A stretch of 61,784 nucleotides of DNA from a virus, in IMG/VR virus record IMGVR_UViG_3300045988_109877, positions 1 to 61,784 of that record; one strand, written 5' to 3'. The notes beneath the pieces were generated by a model. The model was not told the origin of the DNA, made no database searches, and was given only the letters and a program-made list of their open reading frames with translations. The translations under genes were made by a program, and so were the position numbers. This document shows, in pieces, positions 37,192-47,125 of this stretch. Each line of letters begins with the position of its first letter. Positions within the stretch are counted from its first letter, which is position 1.

Positions 37192-37989
37192 ATGGAAGAC
37201 CCTAAGAATGAACAGGTTAAAAGCAAGCGAGACTCCTTTCTCGAACGTTTGAAGGGGAAATACCCCGACAAGCAATTCACTGACGATGAGGAGATTTACG
37301 GAGCCATCAACGATGATTACGACAATTACGACAACGAGTTGAAGCGGCTGAAGGATGACGAAAGCAAAATAATGGAGATGTTTTCGGCAGACCCACGCAC
37401 GGCAACGTTGTTTCAGACGGCAGCCGCAAAAGGCGATGTCATCACAAAGTTCGTGTCGTTGTTCGGCCCGGAGATTGCCGATGCCTATGAAGACCCCGAG
37501 AAGATGGAGGAAATCTCCAAAGCAGGGCAGGAGTATCTTGACCGCATAGCGCAGAGCAGAGACCTTGAAGAGCAGTATAACAAGAACATTCAGAAGTCGG
37601 TGGAAGACATTGAACAACTGAAGAATGAGAAAGGCTATACCGACGAGCAGGTTGATGAAGGGATGAAGAAAATCTGCCAAATCGCCTATGATGCCATTGT
37701 AGGCAAGTTCTCCAAAGAAGCACTCGACTTCGCCTTTAAGGGATTGTCACACGATGAGGATGTAGAGACGGCGGCGCAGGAAGCGGAAGTAAGAGGACGC
37801 AACGCCAATATCGAGGAGAAGCTGAGAAAGCGCAGTAAGGGAGATGGAATCCCAGCCGCACCAAGCGGACGCGCAGGTTCAGCGCAGACCACACCGAAGC
37901 GCAGCCTTGGAGCCCTTGACTCCGCAAGTGAAGCCTCTTCCATTTGGGAGAGAGGCGGTTTTAAAAGAAACAAGACAAATCAATATTAA
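37192..37989 (+). CDS. Scaffolding protein (putative)
   Basis: It is an acidic helical 265-aa protein immediately upstream of the capsid gene. Confidence 0.55.
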   Translation: MEDPKNEQVKSKRDSFLERLKGKYPDKQFTDDEEIYGAINDDYDNYDNELKRLKDDESKIMEMFSADPRTATLFQTAAAKGDVITKFVSLFGPEIADAYEDPEKMEEISKAGQEYLDRIAQSRDLEEQYNKNIQKSVEDIEQLKNEKGYTDEQVDEGMKKICQIAYDAIVGKFSKEALDFAFKGLSHDEDVETAAQEAEVRGRNANIEEKLRKRSKGDGIPAAPSGRAGSAQTTPKRSLGALDSASEASSIWERGGFKRNKTNQY

Positions 37990-38004
37990 CAAAATTAGAA
38001 AACA

Positions 38005-39453
38005 ATGAAGAAAGAATTTTTGAAAAAGAACTTGTGGCGAATGCTTTTGGGTATTTTGGCAATGGTGTTCGGCGCAACGGACGCCGTCGTAATGGCGGCA
38101 GCGGCAGACCTTCCTGACGCAGGAAAGACCAATTCGGGCAACCCCGACAGCAATGACGGTATTGCAACCGAGACGCAAGGACGTGAGGACGGTGATCCGG
38201 AGATGTACACCAAAGACATCGATTCAAAGATCGTCAAAATCCGTCCGATGGCTACGCCTATCGACCAAATCAGCCGATATGGTAAATTCTTGAAGACCGA
38301 CTCAATGGTAGTCAAGTACTATTCTCTCGGCACACGACCCATCAAGACAACGTTGTCGGAGAATGTAACCAAGATGGAGAATGGCGCCACATCTATGACA
38401 ATCAAGGTGTCAGACCCGACAATGTTCACACTCGACGACACAATCCGAGTAGTCGGAGCGAAGGCGGTTTCTCGCCCGGACGGGACTAAATACAATGATG
38501 AAGACCCGTTGGAGAAAGATGACCCAATGCGTCCCGACTTGATTCTGTGTGTGTGCGGCAGAGACCAGAACAACGGTTATCCAGTAGTGTATGCGGTCAA
38601 CGGAGACTTGAACGACAAGAAAGAGCCGATTCTCATTCCTGCGCTCAACAAGGACGAAGTGACACTCATCCGTATGGGCAAGGCTTGTGCGGAGCTTGAC
38701 GTTCAGACAGGACGTTTCAACAACCTTCCTACAAGCGAGGAACAGTATTGTCAGAACTTTATGATTCAAGTGGAGCAGTCGACATTTGACAAGATTGCGT
38801 CAAAAGAGGTTGATTGGAACTTCTCCGACATCGAGGAGGACGGCATCTATGATATGCGCCTTGCACAGGAGAACACATATCTCTTCGGAGCGAAAGCACG
38901 TATCAAGCACATCACAAAGGACAATATGGACACTTGGTTCACAGGCGGTATTTGGTATATGGCAGGCAAGGACATCGAGGTCGGAACATACAATGAAACA
39001 CGCAAATGTGTGGAAATCAGCGATGACAACCTTGTCGAGATTTCAAAGGACTTGTTTGTGGGCACTGGCATCGGCAACAAACGCAAGGTCATCCTCTGCG
39101 GTTCCGATATGCTTGAGGCATTCTCTAAAATCAAGTCGGAGAAATTCCGCTTGAAAGAGAACGTAGAATCTTGGAACCTTAAATTCAAGTCTTGGTCTAC
39201 CGACTTCGGAGAACTTCTCGTCATCCATCACGAGCTGTTCGATATGAACGGAATGAGCGACTGCGGCTTTGCTCTCGATCCTGAGTATCTCACGAAGAAG
39301 ACCCACATCTCTTGGCAGCGCAACGTGCTTGACTTGAAGAAAGCAGGCATCCGCAACACGGATGCAGTAGTGATCCAGGAAGTCGCTTGTCTGTATCTGC
39401 GTTATGCCAAGGCACACGCACGAATGAAACTCGCGGCAAAGGCAGGAGCGTAA
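38005..39453 (+). CDS. Major capsid protein (putative)
   Basis: It is 482 aa, follows the scaffold gene, and is followed by a strong terminator. Confidence 0.6.
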   Translation: MKKEFLKKNLWRMLLGILAMVFGATDAVVMAAAADLPDAGKTNSGNPDSNDGIATETQGREDGDPEMYTKDIDSKIVKIRPMATPIDQISRYGKFLKTDSMVVKYYSLGTRPIKTTLSENVTKMENGATSMTIKVSDPTMFTLDDTIRVVGAKAVSRPDGTKYNDEDPLEKDDPMRPDLILCVCGRDQNNGYPVVYAVNGDLNDKKEPILIPALNKDEVTLIRMGKACAELDVQTGRFNNLPTSEEQYCQNFMIQVEQSTFDKIASKEVDWNFSDIEEDGIYDMRLAQENTYLFGAKARIKHITKDNMDTWFTGGIWYMAGKDIEVGTYNETRKCVEISDDNLVEISKDLFVGTGIGNKRKVILCGSDMLEAFSKIKSEKFRLKENVESWNLKFKSWSTDFGELLVIHHELFDMNGMSDCGFALDPEYLTKKTHISWQRNVLDLKKAGIRNTDAVVIQEVACLYLRYAKAHARMKLAAKAGA

Positions 39454-39475
39454 CTGAAACATAGTATTAACAGAT

Positions 39476-39505
39476 AAAGGGGTGTCCAACCGATACCCCT
39501 TTTTA
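39476..39505 (+). terminator. Rho-independent terminator after the capsid gene
   Basis: AAAGGGGTgtccaaccgatACCCCTTT is followed by a T-run. Confidence 0.75.
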
Positions 39506-39519
39506 AAAATCATAACGAT

Positions 39520-39942
39520 ATGCAGAAAACATATAAGTCCAAGTCGTTTCTCAGCATCTCAGTGGCTGTAGGGAAAATGACTTGCCAAGACACCCAAGAC
39601 AGTAACAAGTCTGTGACAAAGGACGTTTTCAAACACATCACCTTTGAACCGGACACCACGGGCTATGCTTACTACAGCACCGCTGACGAGGCAGAGCAGA
39701 AGGCTATCGAGGCACACCCTTTATTCAACAAAATGTTTGTTGTTAAGGATGCTCCAGCACCTGCGGTGGCAAAGAAGACAGCCGCAACACCAGTGGAGAA
39801 GAAAGAGGTAGAGGTGACGAGTGCGGCTGACGCAAAGCAGTATCTTGTAGACACGTTCGGCATCAGCAGAACGAAGATACAGTCGACGGCAGACATCAAG
39901 AAATACGCAGAACAGAACGGAGTAGTGTTTGTAGGCATCTGA
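39520..39942 (+). CDS. Hypothetical structural protein (140 aa)
   Basis: ORF is co-oriented after the capsid gene. A decoration role is possible. Confidence 0.4.
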   Translation: MQKTYKSKSFLSISVAVGKMTCQDTQDSNKSVTKDVFKHITFEPDTTGYAYYSTADEAEQKAIEAHPLFNKMFVVKDAPAPAVAKKTAATPVEKKEVEVTSAADAKQYLVDTFGISRTKIQSTADIKKYAEQNGVVFVGI

Positions 39943-39943
39943 T

Positions 39944-40597
39944 ATGCGGTACGACTTGAAACAGATAGAGAAGGATGTGCGCCTTGTCCTTGACAGGAAC
40001 AAGGCAGCGGACAGCCTCCTTGACGAGGAGACCACCACGCTGACGCTCAACGACATCATTGACGGGCGGATAGAACTTGCCGCACGCACCGTGCTGCTCA
40101 ACGCTCCGCTGCATCTCATCGGAGAGGGGAAAGAATTGCCTGTGGACGTGAATTGGGAATCACAACCCGGCTATGGTATGGGATTCATTATGCTACCGTC
40201 CGACTATCTGCGTCTTGTCACGTTTCAGATGACAGACTGGGAACGTCCGGTCACCGAACCGATAACAGAAGAAAACCCATTGTATGCAAGACAACGCAGC
40301 CGCTATCCGGGTGTCAGAGGATGTCCGCAGCGGCCTGTCGTTGCCATTGCTTCTTACCCTTCCGGTATGGCGTTGGAGTTTTTCTCCTGCCGAGGAGGAG
40401 AGAAGGTGGCGGTGCGCAGGGCAAGATATATTCCGATTCCGAGAATTGAAGTGGGAGAAGACAACTTGAAGGAAATTGAACTTCCACACAAATGCTATGA
40501 CGGCATTGTCTTCACCACGGCAGCGATGGTGTGCGCAGTGCTGAAGGATGACTTGGCGGCAGTAATAAGTGAAACAGCAAATCAATTATTGAAATGA
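39944..40597 (+). CDS. Hypothetical structural protein (217 aa)
   Basis: It is tightly packed in the late operon. Confidence 0.45.
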   Translation: MRYDLKQIEKDVRLVLDRNKAADSLLDEETTTLTLNDIIDGRIELAARTVLLNAPLHLIGEGKELPVDVNWESQPGYGMGFIMLPSDYLRLVTFQMTDWERPVTEPITEENPLYARQRSRYPGVRGCPQRPVVAIASYPSGMALEFFSCRGGEKVAVRRARYIPIPRIEVGEDNLKEIELPHKCYDGIVFTTAAMVCAVLKDDLAAVISETANQLLK

Positions 40598-41616
40598 CAA
40601 CAGATGTACATAATTTAGGAAATTTCGCATCACTGGCAGCCGCTTGGGAAAGATACCCAAATGGGGCGATGGTCGGAGACTACATATTCATTGCCGGGGT
40701 GCGGTATGACTGGGACAAATATGAGAAACAATGGCTGACACCAGTGGCGGTAACGGATATGAACATATCAGTGTTCGATGTCTCCACCTATGACTTTGAA
40801 GCAAATGATTGGCGGCACGCCTTGCCTAATGGAGAATACACTGTTGTCTCCAATACACAAGCGGTCGGCAAGCTGTTGAAGTATGACGACGGCTTCGTGC
40901 TTGAAGGTTTTGTCACATTGACGGAAGCGGGGGCGGACAAAGTGTTCTCTCCTGTCGTTGATGGCAGCAAACCAAAGGCGGACGCAAAAATATTGTCGGG
41001 CAACCAATCGTATCACAAGTATGTGTATGTGGATTCCAAAGGGGTGTACAATGTAAGCGACGCCACGGAGATAGGTCAGATAGGCGACATTCAACACCAT
41101 CTTGACGACTTGCAACAATATGTGGACGACAATTTGAACTCGTTGGACAAGGCCGTTTCCGCTATAAAGAAGGATGTCGGCACAACGGAGGACGAGGCGG
41201 ACAAGGAAGGCAGTCTGCACGCACAGATAAATTATTTGAAGCAGAACGGAGGAAGTTGTGACTGCGAAGAGATTATTGAATACGACAAGGCTCTTGTGAC
41301 GGCACTCACACCAGACTCCACATCAGAGGAGATAAGTCTCGCTTTCGTCCCCATAGGAGCGAAAGACAAGACAACACCTGTGCTTCCGAAGGTAAACGAC
41401 CTGTTGGTGACCAATGGTAGAGTGAAGGAGATGGCTCAGTTTGTCAACGTCACCGACTATCTCACTCCAAAAGGCACACACCGATACACGCTGATTTACC
41501 AAGACGGCTCCATTCTTCACACCATACAGATGCTTGGCTTTACGAGTGTTCATTCCGTGGAGCAGAACGACCTTGCGGATTTTTCAGAAGTTGAATTGGT
41601 TCCAAAGACCATATAA
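40594..41616 (+). CDS. Putative tail/fibre-associated protein (340 aa)
   Basis: DVGTTEDEADKEGSLHAQINYLK resembles SIGTDSDAASANGSLYARIKK in the gene at 42646. Confidence 0.4.
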   Translation: MTTDVHNLGNFASLAAAWERYPNGAMVGDYIFIAGVRYDWDKYEKQWLTPVAVTDMNISVFDVSTYDFEANDWRHALPNGEYTVVSNTQAVGKLLKYDDGFVLEGFVTLTEAGADKVFSPVVDGSKPKADAKILSGNQSYHKYVYVDSKGVYNVSDATEIGQIGDIQHHLDDLQQYVDDNLNSLDKAVSAIKKDVGTTEDEADKEGSLHAQINYLKQNGGSCDCEEIIEYDKALVTALTPDSTSEEISLAFVPIGAKDKTTPVLPKVNDLLVTNGRVKEMAQFVNVTDYLTPKGTHRYTLIYQDGSILHTIQMLGFTSVHSVEQNDLADFSEVELVPKTI

Positions 41617-41636
41617 TCATTAAATTTATTTTTTTT

Positions 41637-42632
41637 ATGGCAGAAAAAAAACTACAAGTGGACAGCCCGGTGAAAGTAATCACATCGGGCACCAAACCGA
41701 CCATTGAGAACTTACCGAAAGGGAGCATCGCAGTCGGCAGAGTAAACAACCGTCTTGCCGCTGTTGCCGCTCTCGGTGATCCAAGCGAAGAGACAGAGGC
41801 GGAAATCCAAGACCTTTTGCAGTACGATACTGCGGAAGGAGAGAATGCGACAGTCACCGACTTGGGTGGCATCAAAGCTGGAACAAAAGCGAGCGATTTA
41901 AAAGGCAAACCCCTAAGTGAAGTACTTGACGCTTTGTTGTTCCCAGTTGTAGAACCAACGTTTGTGGCTCCGACAGCGACATTGACCCTTGATTCTTCAG
42001 TGGCAAGGACACAAGAGGTTGGGGCGGTGGCACCGACAGCGGACAAGTTTACACACTCTTTTAACAAGGGTTCTATCAACATCGCCGGCAAAAAAGTGAA
42101 TGATAGAGCAGGCGCGGAAACCGCATTCGCATTGTCCTGCAATGACGGCTCAATCCCTACTAAGTTTACCTCGGCAAGAGCATACACATATAAAGGGAGC
42201 GTTAGTTATGCACAAGGCTCACAACCTAAAGACTCGAAAGGCAACAATGTTGGAAGTCCGCTTGCAGCAGGTACGGTGGCAACCAAAGAGGTTGTAGTGA
42301 ACGCAGTATACCCTTACTTCGCAAACACGAAAAGTGCGGCAGAATTGACAAAGCAACCATTGACCACGATTAACTACATCGAGGTTTCTTGTGTAAGCGA
42401 AAATTCTCAAAACCGACACGCTTTCGCTTTGCCTGCGACATACACAGTGACTAAGATTGAGTACTTCGATACAGTCGCAAACAAATACAATCCGATGGCA
42501 ACGTCCGATTTCACAGGGGTGGTATACTCCCAGATCGTACAGGGCAATTCAGTGCAGTACAAGAAATACTCTCGCAACACGCAGGGTTTGTCTGCTGCAA
42601 CAAAGTTCAAAATCACATTCACTAAAGCATAG
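41637..42632 (+). CDS. Putative receptor-binding/tail fibre protein 1
   Basis: The N-terminus MAEKKLQVDSPVKVITSGTKPTIENLPKGSIAVG is shared with the N-terminus of the gene at 43639. Confidence 0.45.
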   Translation: MAEKKLQVDSPVKVITSGTKPTIENLPKGSIAVGRVNNRLAAVAALGDPSEETEAEIQDLLQYDTAEGENATVTDLGGIKAGTKASDLKGKPLSEVLDALLFPVVEPTFVAPTATLTLDSSVARTQEVGAVAPTADKFTHSFNKGSINIAGKKVNDRAGAETAFALSCNDGSIPTKFTSARAYTYKGSVSYAQGSQPKDSKGNNVGSPLAAGTVATKEVVVNAVYPYFANTKSAAELTKQPLTTINYIEVSCVSENSQNRHAFALPATYTVTKIEYFDTVANKYNPMATSDFTGVVYSQIVQGNSVQYKKYSRNTQGLSAATKFKITFTKA

Positions 42633-42645
42633 GAGGACATAAGTT

Positions 42646-43587
42646 ATGGCAAGAATAAAAGGACAAGCGAATTATGCCTCTAACTTTGAGGTGTTGAAAC
42701 AAGCTCCACTTGACTCAAGAAGCGTTGTGTCTGACTCTGGAGATTTGATAAAAGCAGTGACGTGGCGGGATGCCGATGGAAACGTATGGTTGTATGACGG
42801 TTTGATTGTCGTCGTACCGAACACAAATAATCCGTCAGCTCCGGAAGTGTATGTTCTTAAAGATAAGGACAACTATGGACGCCCTGACACTTGGTTTAAG
42901 CTCGGTGCGGACAATTCGTCTGCGGTGGCCGCCATTCAAGAGACATTGAAAAAGAAAGCCAATCTTGTATTAGGGACGGTGCCAGTAAACGAACTTCCTA
43001 TTGCAAGTTCGTTAGGAAATCCTAATAATGGAACAATTCCAACAACGTTTGCAGTTAGCAAGGCTATTAATGATAAGATTGTAGGTCTGCTTAATTGGCA
43101 AGGGGTTAAGGATACTACTGATGAAATCAAGGCTATTGCACCTGCTAAGAAGGGTGATGTATGGCATTCAAACGAAGATGGTTCGGAATGGGTATGTACT
43201 GAAGATATATCTACAGTTAATGATTCTGCGTGGACTGAACTCGGCACTCCTATTGATTTGGGTGGATACTATACCAAGAATGAGGTTGACAAGAAGGTCA
43301 AACCGCTTGCCGACAGCATAGGCACTGATAGCGATGCCGCTTCTGCTAATGGTTCTCTGTATGCACGAATCAAGAAGAACGCGACCGACATCTCAACTAA
43401 TACAGCAAATATAAATGCTACTAAAGAAAAAGTCAGTGGTCTTGACACTAAGGTAACAGCTAACACCGAGGCAATTGCAACTAAAGCAAGTAATTCTGAT
43501 TTAGCGGCATTGCAAAGCAAAGTTGAGCTTAAAGCAAACCAAAGCGATATTCCGACCGCTGTGCAACTCGTTGTGAAAACTATTTAA
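42646..43587 (+). CDS. Putative tail fibre protein with a coiled-coil C-terminus
   Basis: The C-terminal region has heptad-like repeats (TNTANINATKEKVSGLDTKVTANTEAIATKASNSDLAALQSKVELKANQ). Confidence 0.45.
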   Translation: MARIKGQANYASNFEVLKQAPLDSRSVVSDSGDLIKAVTWRDADGNVWLYDGLIVVVPNTNNPSAPEVYVLKDKDNYGRPDTWFKLGADNSSAVAAIQETLKKKANLVLGTVPVNELPIASSLGNPNNGTIPTTFAVSKAINDKIVGLLNWQGVKDTTDEIKAIAPAKKGDVWHSNEDGSEWVCTEDISTVNDSAWTELGTPIDLGGYYTKNEVDKKVKPLADSIGTDSDAASANGSLYARIKKNATDISTNTANINATKEKVSGLDTKVTANTEAIATKASNSDLAALQSKVELKANQSDIPTAVQLVVKTI

Positions 43588-43600
43588 ATATTTAACCAAT

Positions 43601-43630
43601 GGGGATGGAATCTCCATCCCCTTCCTATTT
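43601..43630 (+). terminator. Rho-independent terminator
   Basis: GGGGATGGAatctCCATCCCC is followed by TTCCTATTT. Confidence 0.6.
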
Positions 43631-43638
43631 AGATAACT

Positions 43639-46062
43639 ATGGCAGAAGTAACGATTAAACTTGACAGCCCTATTTCAATAGTAGATAAGGGCACTCCATC
43701 AACAACAAACCTTCCTAATGGAAGTATTGCATTAGAGAAGGATAAAAATAATAATTTAAAGATATACGGAAATGTAGGCAATGAAGTTGTCGATATAGAA
43801 AGAGTTGATGCATTAGATAACGGAGATGCTTCTGCATCATTTGTAGCAGGCCGTAACCTTAAAGTTAATGGTTGGGAATTTTATTGGAAAGATGTATGGG
43901 AAGAATCAGAACCATCGGCTATTAAACATATAGAAAGTGCAGGTGTCAATGCTGCTATCAATGAAATAAAAGGAACTGGAGCTGATGTGTCTGCTTTCAC
44001 GTTTCCGACAACTAAAGATGAATTCATTGCATATCTAAAAACTATTACGTTTGATTTCAGCAATCAACCTAATCAAGTATCTGGTTATGGAAGTGTTACA
44101 TACGGTATTATGAATAAAAATGCTGGAACAACTACTATTGTGGAAGGTATGTATAACGATATATCTAATAAAATGCATAGGTCACATATAGAAGGTCAAC
44201 ATATGTCTATTCCAGATGTGGAATATGCAGTATCTTGCCATGTAGAAGGACAGGATTGTAATATTGTAGGATATGCTTCAAATTGTCATCTTGAAGGCAA
44301 TAGTAATGCGACAATTCACTCAATGAACCCTAATGCTGGTTTTTGGGAAGAAGCATTAGGATGTCATGTTGAAGGTGGTGATAATGTTGTGGGAGGACAA
44401 AATTCACATGCAGAAGGTCAATATAATGCAGCTCTTGGAACAGCGTCACATTGTGAAGGTAAGGGATTTTATAAAGATTATATTACTGATTGGAAACAAC
44501 GAACATATAGAGACAATGATTACATAGTAAGTAAGTGGAAAGAAACTCCATTAGGAAAAAAAGAAGGAGAGACAAAAATCCATTATAAATTTTCCGCAGC
44601 AATAGCCCCGTTCTCACATATTGAAGGAATGGGAAATATAACAGAACAATGTGGTGCTAAGTTTTCTGGATTAGATACAGGTGTAGAGACAGTATTTATT
44701 AATGGTTCTAACCATGCTGAAGGAGTAGGTAATTATAATGGCGGCGCAGCTTCGCATGTTGAAGGCATTAGAAACGAAATAAATAAAGATGCCTACGCTT
44801 CCCATGCTGAAGGTATTAAAAATACTACCCAAAACAGAGCAGAGCATGCTTCTGGTCAATATAACAAATCAAACAAAGCATCCGATACATTTGGAGATGC
44901 AGGTAATACATTATTTTCAGTAGGCTGTGGTACATCTGATACTGACAGAAAGAATGCTTTTGAGGTAATGCAAGATGGGACATGTAAATATTTAGATGTT
45001 GCTACAGGAGAACAGATAGATGTTGGTGTTGCAAAAGAATTATCAAAACCTTTTGATTTGACGATAGGAAGCACAACTAAGAAAGTTGATGGTAAATCAG
45101 TTGTTACTTTTACTGCTGAAGAAATTAATAATTCAAGACAATTTAATGGAGTTTTAATACAGAAATTAACTACGGCAAGTACGGAAGCTGATATAAGAAA
45201 AGCATTTACTGAAATGAATACTAAAATTGTATTGTTTCCAACTCCAGGTAGTGTTATAACCAAACTTAATGGGAATAACAAAGGTATCGTTGTTTCATTA
45301 AGCGAACCTGATGCTACAACATTGGGACGAAGCATAGTTGTATATTATGGTGACGGAACTTACACTATTGTTGTAAAAAATGACTTTACTAAGGTATTAG
45401 TACCTTGGAGAAAAGACAGTTCTTTGCGTGACCTGTACATCTCTGCTGGTGCGGTGTACAACGAGCAGACGGGGTTCTATGAATTGAACGGGCTAACGGA
45501 CATAACCGAGGAGGAGATGAGAGTGATATATAAATATGCTGGGACGCCACAAGTTAAAGCTGCATTCGCTTACTCTAAGGCAAGGACAAATCTTCCGATG
45601 CCAGGAATGTACAATGGGTCGGTGTATGGAGCTATGTTTTATGGATGCCCAAATCTTGAAGTTGCGTATCTTGGCAACAAACAGTCGTCTCCGACAAGCT
45701 ATGATGTTCCACTTGTATATACTGAAGGAAATAATTGCTTTTACTTGTGCAAAAAACTGAAAAAAATATACGGCAAGATATATCAAAGAAATAATTGGGA
45801 CCTCACGTTCGGATATTGCCTCGCTTTGGAAGAGGTTAGGATTGCTGAGCTTTATTCATCAATACAATTATCTTGGTCGCCGAACCTCAGCAAGGAATCG
45901 GTGCAGTATATGATAACTAACGCCAACCCACTGAGTGGAGCGGCTGTTGGCAGTATAACAATCACACTTCACCCTACAGCCTATGCCCGTCTGAAAGACG
46001 ATGCGGACATAGTGGCTGCGTTGGAGGCAAAAGGGGGAATTGTAACATTAGTATCAGCATAA
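43639..46062 (+). CDS. Tail fibre / adhesin-like protein with HxEG head repeats and a BspA-type leucine-rich C-terminus
   Basis: The motif S/CH(I/V/A)EG recurs at least 10 times between 44170 and 44860 (YadA/Hep_Hag-like). The C-terminus FYGCPNLEVAYLGN ... CFYLCKKLKKIYG ... FGYCLALEEVRI is BspA-LRR-like. Confidence 0.6.
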   Translation: MAEVTIKLDSPISIVDKGTPSTTNLPNGSIALEKDKNNNLKIYGNVGNEVVDIERVDALDNGDASASFVAGRNLKVNGWEFYWKDVWEESEPSAIKHIESAGVNAAINEIKGTGADVSAFTFPTTKDEFIAYLKTITFDFSNQPNQVSGYGSVTYGIMNKNAGTTTIVEGMYNDISNKMHRSHIEGQHMSIPDVEYAVSCHVEGQDCNIVGYASNCHLEGNSNATIHSMNPNAGFWEEALGCHVEGGDNVVGGQNSHAEGQYNAALGTASHCEGKGFYKDYITDWKQRTYRDNDYIVSKWKETPLGKKEGETKIHYKFSAAIAPFSHIEGMGNITEQCGAKFSGLDTGVETVFINGSNHAEGVGNYNGGAASHVEGIRNEINKDAYASHAEGIKNTTQNRAEHASGQYNKSNKASDTFGDAGNTLFSVGCGTSDTDRKNAFEVMQDGTCKYLDVATGEQIDVGVAKELSKPFDLTIGSTTKKVDGKSVVTFTAEEINNSRQFNGVLIQKLTTASTEADIRKAFTEMNTKIVLFPTPGSVITKLNGNNKGIVVSLSEPDATTLGRSIVVYYGDGTYTIVVKNDFTKVLVPWRKDSSLRDLYISAGAVYNEQTGFYELNGLTDITEEEMRVIYKYAGTPQVKAAFAYSKARTNLPMPGMYNGSVYGAMFYGCPNLEVAYLGNKQSSPTSYDVPLVYTEGNNCFYLCKKLKKIYGKIYQRNNWDLTFGYCLALEEVRIAELYSSIQLSWSPNLSKESVQYMITNANPLSGAAVGSITITLHPTAYARLKDDADIVAALEAKGGIVTLVSA

Positions 46063-46075
46063 AAAACATAGAATT

Positions 46076-46477
46076 ATGATAAAAAAAGAAAACAACGAGA
46101 TTTTCAGCACGGAAGAGAAGTACGTGCATATCAAGAACACAGACGTTTATTTCAAACGTGGGCTTGCAATCGGTCTGTCAGTAGAGCAGTGCGAGGAAGT
46201 GGACGAAGTGCCGCAAACCACCAACACCAAAGCCTATGAGGACAAGGTAGACAGCCTTATCCGCGGTCGCTACTCGCTCAGCGAGGAACTTGGCATACTG
46301 CGACAGAAAGACACGAAGAAAGCGGAATATGACGCTTATTTCGCCTACTGCGAGCAGTGCAAGGCGGAAGCCAAAGAATGGCTCAGAGAACATCCGAACG
46401 GCGATTTGCCGCAAGTGGAAGAAGTGACGAACTATCTTTCGGAAACGACTGACGATGTTGTGGGATTTGGGCAATAG
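46076..46477 (+). CDS. Hypothetical protein (133 aa)
   Basis: It is the last gene of the fibre block. I recognised no motif. Confidence 0.45.
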   Translation: MIKKENNEIFSTEEKYVHIKNTDVYFKRGLAIGLSVEQCEEVDEVPQTTNTKAYEDKVDSLIRGRYSLSEELGILRQKDTKKAEYDAYFAYCEQCKAEAKEWLREHPNGDLPQVEEVTNYLSETTDDVVGFGQ

Positions 46478-46484
46478 AAAAAGG

Positions 46485-46585
46485 CAGCAAGGGCGAAGCC
46501 CATACCGCCTATTATGGTTCGCAAGGGCGGAAGCCCAAAACTGACCATTATGGTTCGCAAGGGCAAGCCCAAAACTGACCATTAC
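46485..46585 (+). repeat. Three GGGC-loop-GCCC hairpins, two of them within a tandem unit of about 35 nt
   Basis: The hairpins are GGGCGAAGCCC (46491-46501), GGGCGGAAGCCC and GGGCAAGCCC. The units ATTATGGTTCGCAAGGGC(GG)AAGCCCAAAACTGACC lie at 46511-46546 and 46547-46580. Confidence 0.85.
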
Positions 46586-46636
46586 ACAACAAAGATAGAA
46601 ACAATATTGAAAACCACAAAATGAAACAAGAAAAAA

Positions 46637-47125
46637 ATGACAGGAACGGCAGTAAACAATAGTCTTCGTATCGGGACTGCAAGTATGGGAGTGTTCATAG
46701 GCGAAATCAGCACACTGCTCTGGGATATGCGGTGGCTGATGCTCCTCGCTGGGGTGCTGATTATTGTAGACTTGTGGCTCGGTGTTCACAAGTCTATCTC
46801 CAACAACGTTGACATCCGAGCAAGCCGCGCTCTGAGGCGGACAATGATGAAGATAGCCGACTACCTGTGTATCGTGATACTCGGTGCTGTGGTAGGCAAG
46901 GCTCTCGGAGAACCGCTCGGATGCTCCGCCATAGTAATCGCCGTGGTGCTTATGTCGATAGCGTGCTTGTGCGAACTTGATAGCATCATCAGCAACTGGG
47001 GCGAAATCAAAGGAGTTAAAATAAACGTCTTCAAGATTATTCTCGGACTTGTAGGCTACAAGCGAAAAGAACTTGGAGAAGCACTAAAAGGAACAATTAC
47101 AATCACTAAAAAACGGAAGAAATGA
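46637..47125 (+). CDS. Holin (putative)
   Basis: It has three hydrophobic helices, and its stop overlaps the endolysin start (ATGA at 47122). Confidence 0.55.
   Translation: MTGTAVNNSLRIGTASMGVFIGEISTLLWDMRWLMLLAGVLIIVDLWLGVHKSISNNVDIRASRALRRTMMKIADYLCIVILGAVVGKALGEPLGCSAIVIAVVLMSIACLCELDSIISNWGEIKGVKINVFKIILGLVGYKRKELGEALKGTITITKKRKK

Noticed and set aside
46478-46636. A small basic peptide ORF (MVRKGGSPKLTIMVRKGKPKTDHYTTKIETILKTTK) across the hairpin repeats
   Set aside because: The two repeat units differ by a 2-nt indel, so the peptide repeat is not preserved. Conservation is in the stems, which points to an RNA or DNA element rather than coding sequence.
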